This document shows, one piece after another, positions 62,528 to 64,000 of a stretch of 64,000 nucleotides of DNA. Both the position numbers and the translations under genes were made by a program. Position 1 is the first letter of the stretch, and each line of letters starts with the position of its first letter. This stretch comes from an uncultured delta proteobacterium (GTDB lineage: Bacteria > Desulfobacterota > Zymogenia > Zymogenales > Zymogenaceae): the NCBI GenBank assembly GCA_963735595.1, contig CAVTLK010000005.1, forward strand, positions 832,001 to 896,000, written 5' to 3'. Under the pieces are notes generated by a model. The model searched no databases. It was not told the origin of the DNA and saw only the letters and a program-made list of their open reading frames with translations.

Positions 62528-62811
62528 CCTCCCCACGGGTTTTTCTATCACTTGAGAGGCGATATGTCAAGAAAATTGTTTTTTTCACCCGTTACGGCCG
62601 CACCGGATCGGGTGCGGGGGAAAGGAACCGCCGGTGCGCGACATCACGGGAAAGAAGTGATGGGACGGTCGTGACCGTTATTATTCAGTGGAAATCATGC
62701 CGGTGATTCTGATACAATTCCTTTCGATAGCATTAATTCCGGCACCGGCATCAAGCCCAGGGGGTGCCCGTCGCACACATGCGGCAGCGCCGGGCCATCG
62801 AGGTATCCGTC

Positions 62812-63399
62812 ATGTTTGCCGATTTTCCATTCTGGGAATACGTCGGTATTCCCCTGCTTATCTGTCTTGCGCGAATCTGCGATGTGACCCTTGGGACGAT
62901 ACGCATCATGTACGTCGCCCGGGGAATCAAGGTGCTGTCGGCGGTTCTCGGTTTCTTTGAGGTTCTGATCTGGCTGTTTGCCATCGGGCAGATCATCAGC
63001 AACCTGACGAACGTGGTGAACTACTTCGCCTATGCCCTGGGGTACGCGCTCGGCAACTATATTGGAATTACCATCGAGGAACGGCTTTCGGTGGGGGTGC
63101 TGTTGCTTCGGATTATCACGAAGCAAAAAGCTGATAAGCTCATGGATGCGCTGAAAGCCGCCGGCTTCGGAATCACGACGATATCAGGCAAGGGGATCTA
63201 TGGTCCGGTAAAGGTCATCTTTACGGTCATAAACCGCAAAGACCTCGACGGCGTCGTCGACGTCATTAAGGAGCATAATCCCCAGGCGGTTTATTCCGTT
63301 CAAGACGTAAGGTCGGTAAACACGGAGCCGTTCCCCCGCCCGAACGGCGACGAGAGGACCATGCGCCGCCTCATCTCCGGCTTGATGCAGCGCAAGTGA
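62812..63399 (+). CDS. DUF2179/UPF0316 family membrane protein
   Basis: ARICDVTLGTIR, GFFEVLIW, YALGYALGNYIG, GFGIT. Confidence 0.88.
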   Translation: MFADFPFWEYVGIPLLICLARICDVTLGTIRIMYVARGIKVLSAVLGFFEVLIWLFAIGQIISNLTNVVNYFAYALGYALGNYIGITIEERLSVGVLLLRIITKQKADKLMDALKAAGFGITTISGKGIYGPVKVIFTVINRKDLDGVVDVIKEHNPQAVYSVQDVRSVNTEPFPRPNGDERTMRRLISGLMQRK

Positions 63400-63445
63400 T
63401 CGGGCCGCCCAGACGGGCCCGGCCGGGAAGAAAGGGCAAAAAGCC

Positions 63446-64000
63446 ATGGAAGAAATTATGAAAAAGACCGTCCGGCTCCTTATCGAGACCGGCGCCCTCC
63501 GTTTTGGGGACTTCGTCCTCAAGAGCGGCAGGAAGTCACCCTATTTCGTTAATATTGGGGATATTGCCGACGGGTATTCCGTCGCTGCGCTCGGCACTAT
63601 CCTTGCCGGAAAGATCGTGGACGACATCGGGTCCGATACCTTTGATGTCATCTTCGGCCCGGCCTATAAGGGGATCGTGCTGGCGTCGGTGACTGCTGCC
63701 TGTCTCTCGACCGAACACGGAATATCCAAAGGATTCTGTTTCGACCGCAAGGAGGCCAAGGGGCACGGCGAGGGAGGCAGCTTTGTCGGGTGCGACCTGA
63801 CGGGCGAAACGAAGCGGCTCTTGATCATCGACGACGTGATTACCGACGGAAAGACGAAGATCGAGACGATACAGAAGATAACCTCCGAGACCAGGGCCGC
63901 CGTCACGGGAATACTCTCGGTGGTGGACCGGATGGAAACCGACGGCGCGGGCCGTCTCTTTTCAACCGTGATCGCCGAAACGACCGGCGTACCGGTACGG
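63446..64000 (+). CDS. pyrE: Orotate phosphoribosyltransferase (3' truncated by window)
   Basis: Hand translation: FGDFVLKSGRKSPYF, FGPAYKG, DRKEAKGHGEGG, IIDDVITDG. Confidence 0.92.
   Translation, partial: MEEIMKKTVRLLIETGALRFGDFVLKSGRKSPYFVNIGDIADGYSVAALGTILAGKIVDDIGSDTFDVIFGPAYKGIVLASVTAACLSTEHGISKGFCFDRKEAKGHGEGGSFVGCDLTGETKRLLIIDDVITDGKTKIETIQKITSETRAAVTGILSVVDRMETDGAGRLFSTVIAETTGVPVR

Overview
GC-rich (roughly 60%, by eye) bacterial chromosome segment. Gene content suggests an anaerobic Desulfobacterota/deltaproteobacterium-like organism (inference). About 60 CDS; I recognised no rRNA, tRNA, CRISPR array, integrase or transposase. Many conserved genes carry single-base frameshifts, most simply explained as unpolished long-read errors. 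Layout: 1-25 kb is a mostly minus-strand run of small accessory enzymes (methyltransferase, GNATs, two diguanylate cyclases, two EamA transporters, pirin, PfpI, acetolactate decarboxylase, hydrolases, FKBP PPIase, RRM protein). 25.7-28.3 kb is a TetR / Fe-S protein / enoyl-CoA hydratase operon. 28.5-32.4 kb holds a MATE pump and a glycyl-radical enzyme with no activase nearby. 32.6-39.7 kb is aroE-pilB-pilT-pilC-pilS without pilR/pilA. A DUF2281/PIN toxin-antitoxin pair is bracketed by a duplicated rhomboid 3' end, followed by two tandem V4R proteins. The best candidate for an undescribed system is at 47.9-54.1 kb: a HydC/HydB/short HydA-like (NuoEFG-like) module co-transcribed with a stand-alone FMN-binding glutamate-synthase-family gene, divergent from NrpR, with two pairs of palindromic operators between them. 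Also present: two paralogous 28-aa membrane peptides missed by the ORF track, an acyl-CoA dehydrogenase with a FadR-like box, and a truncated pyrE.
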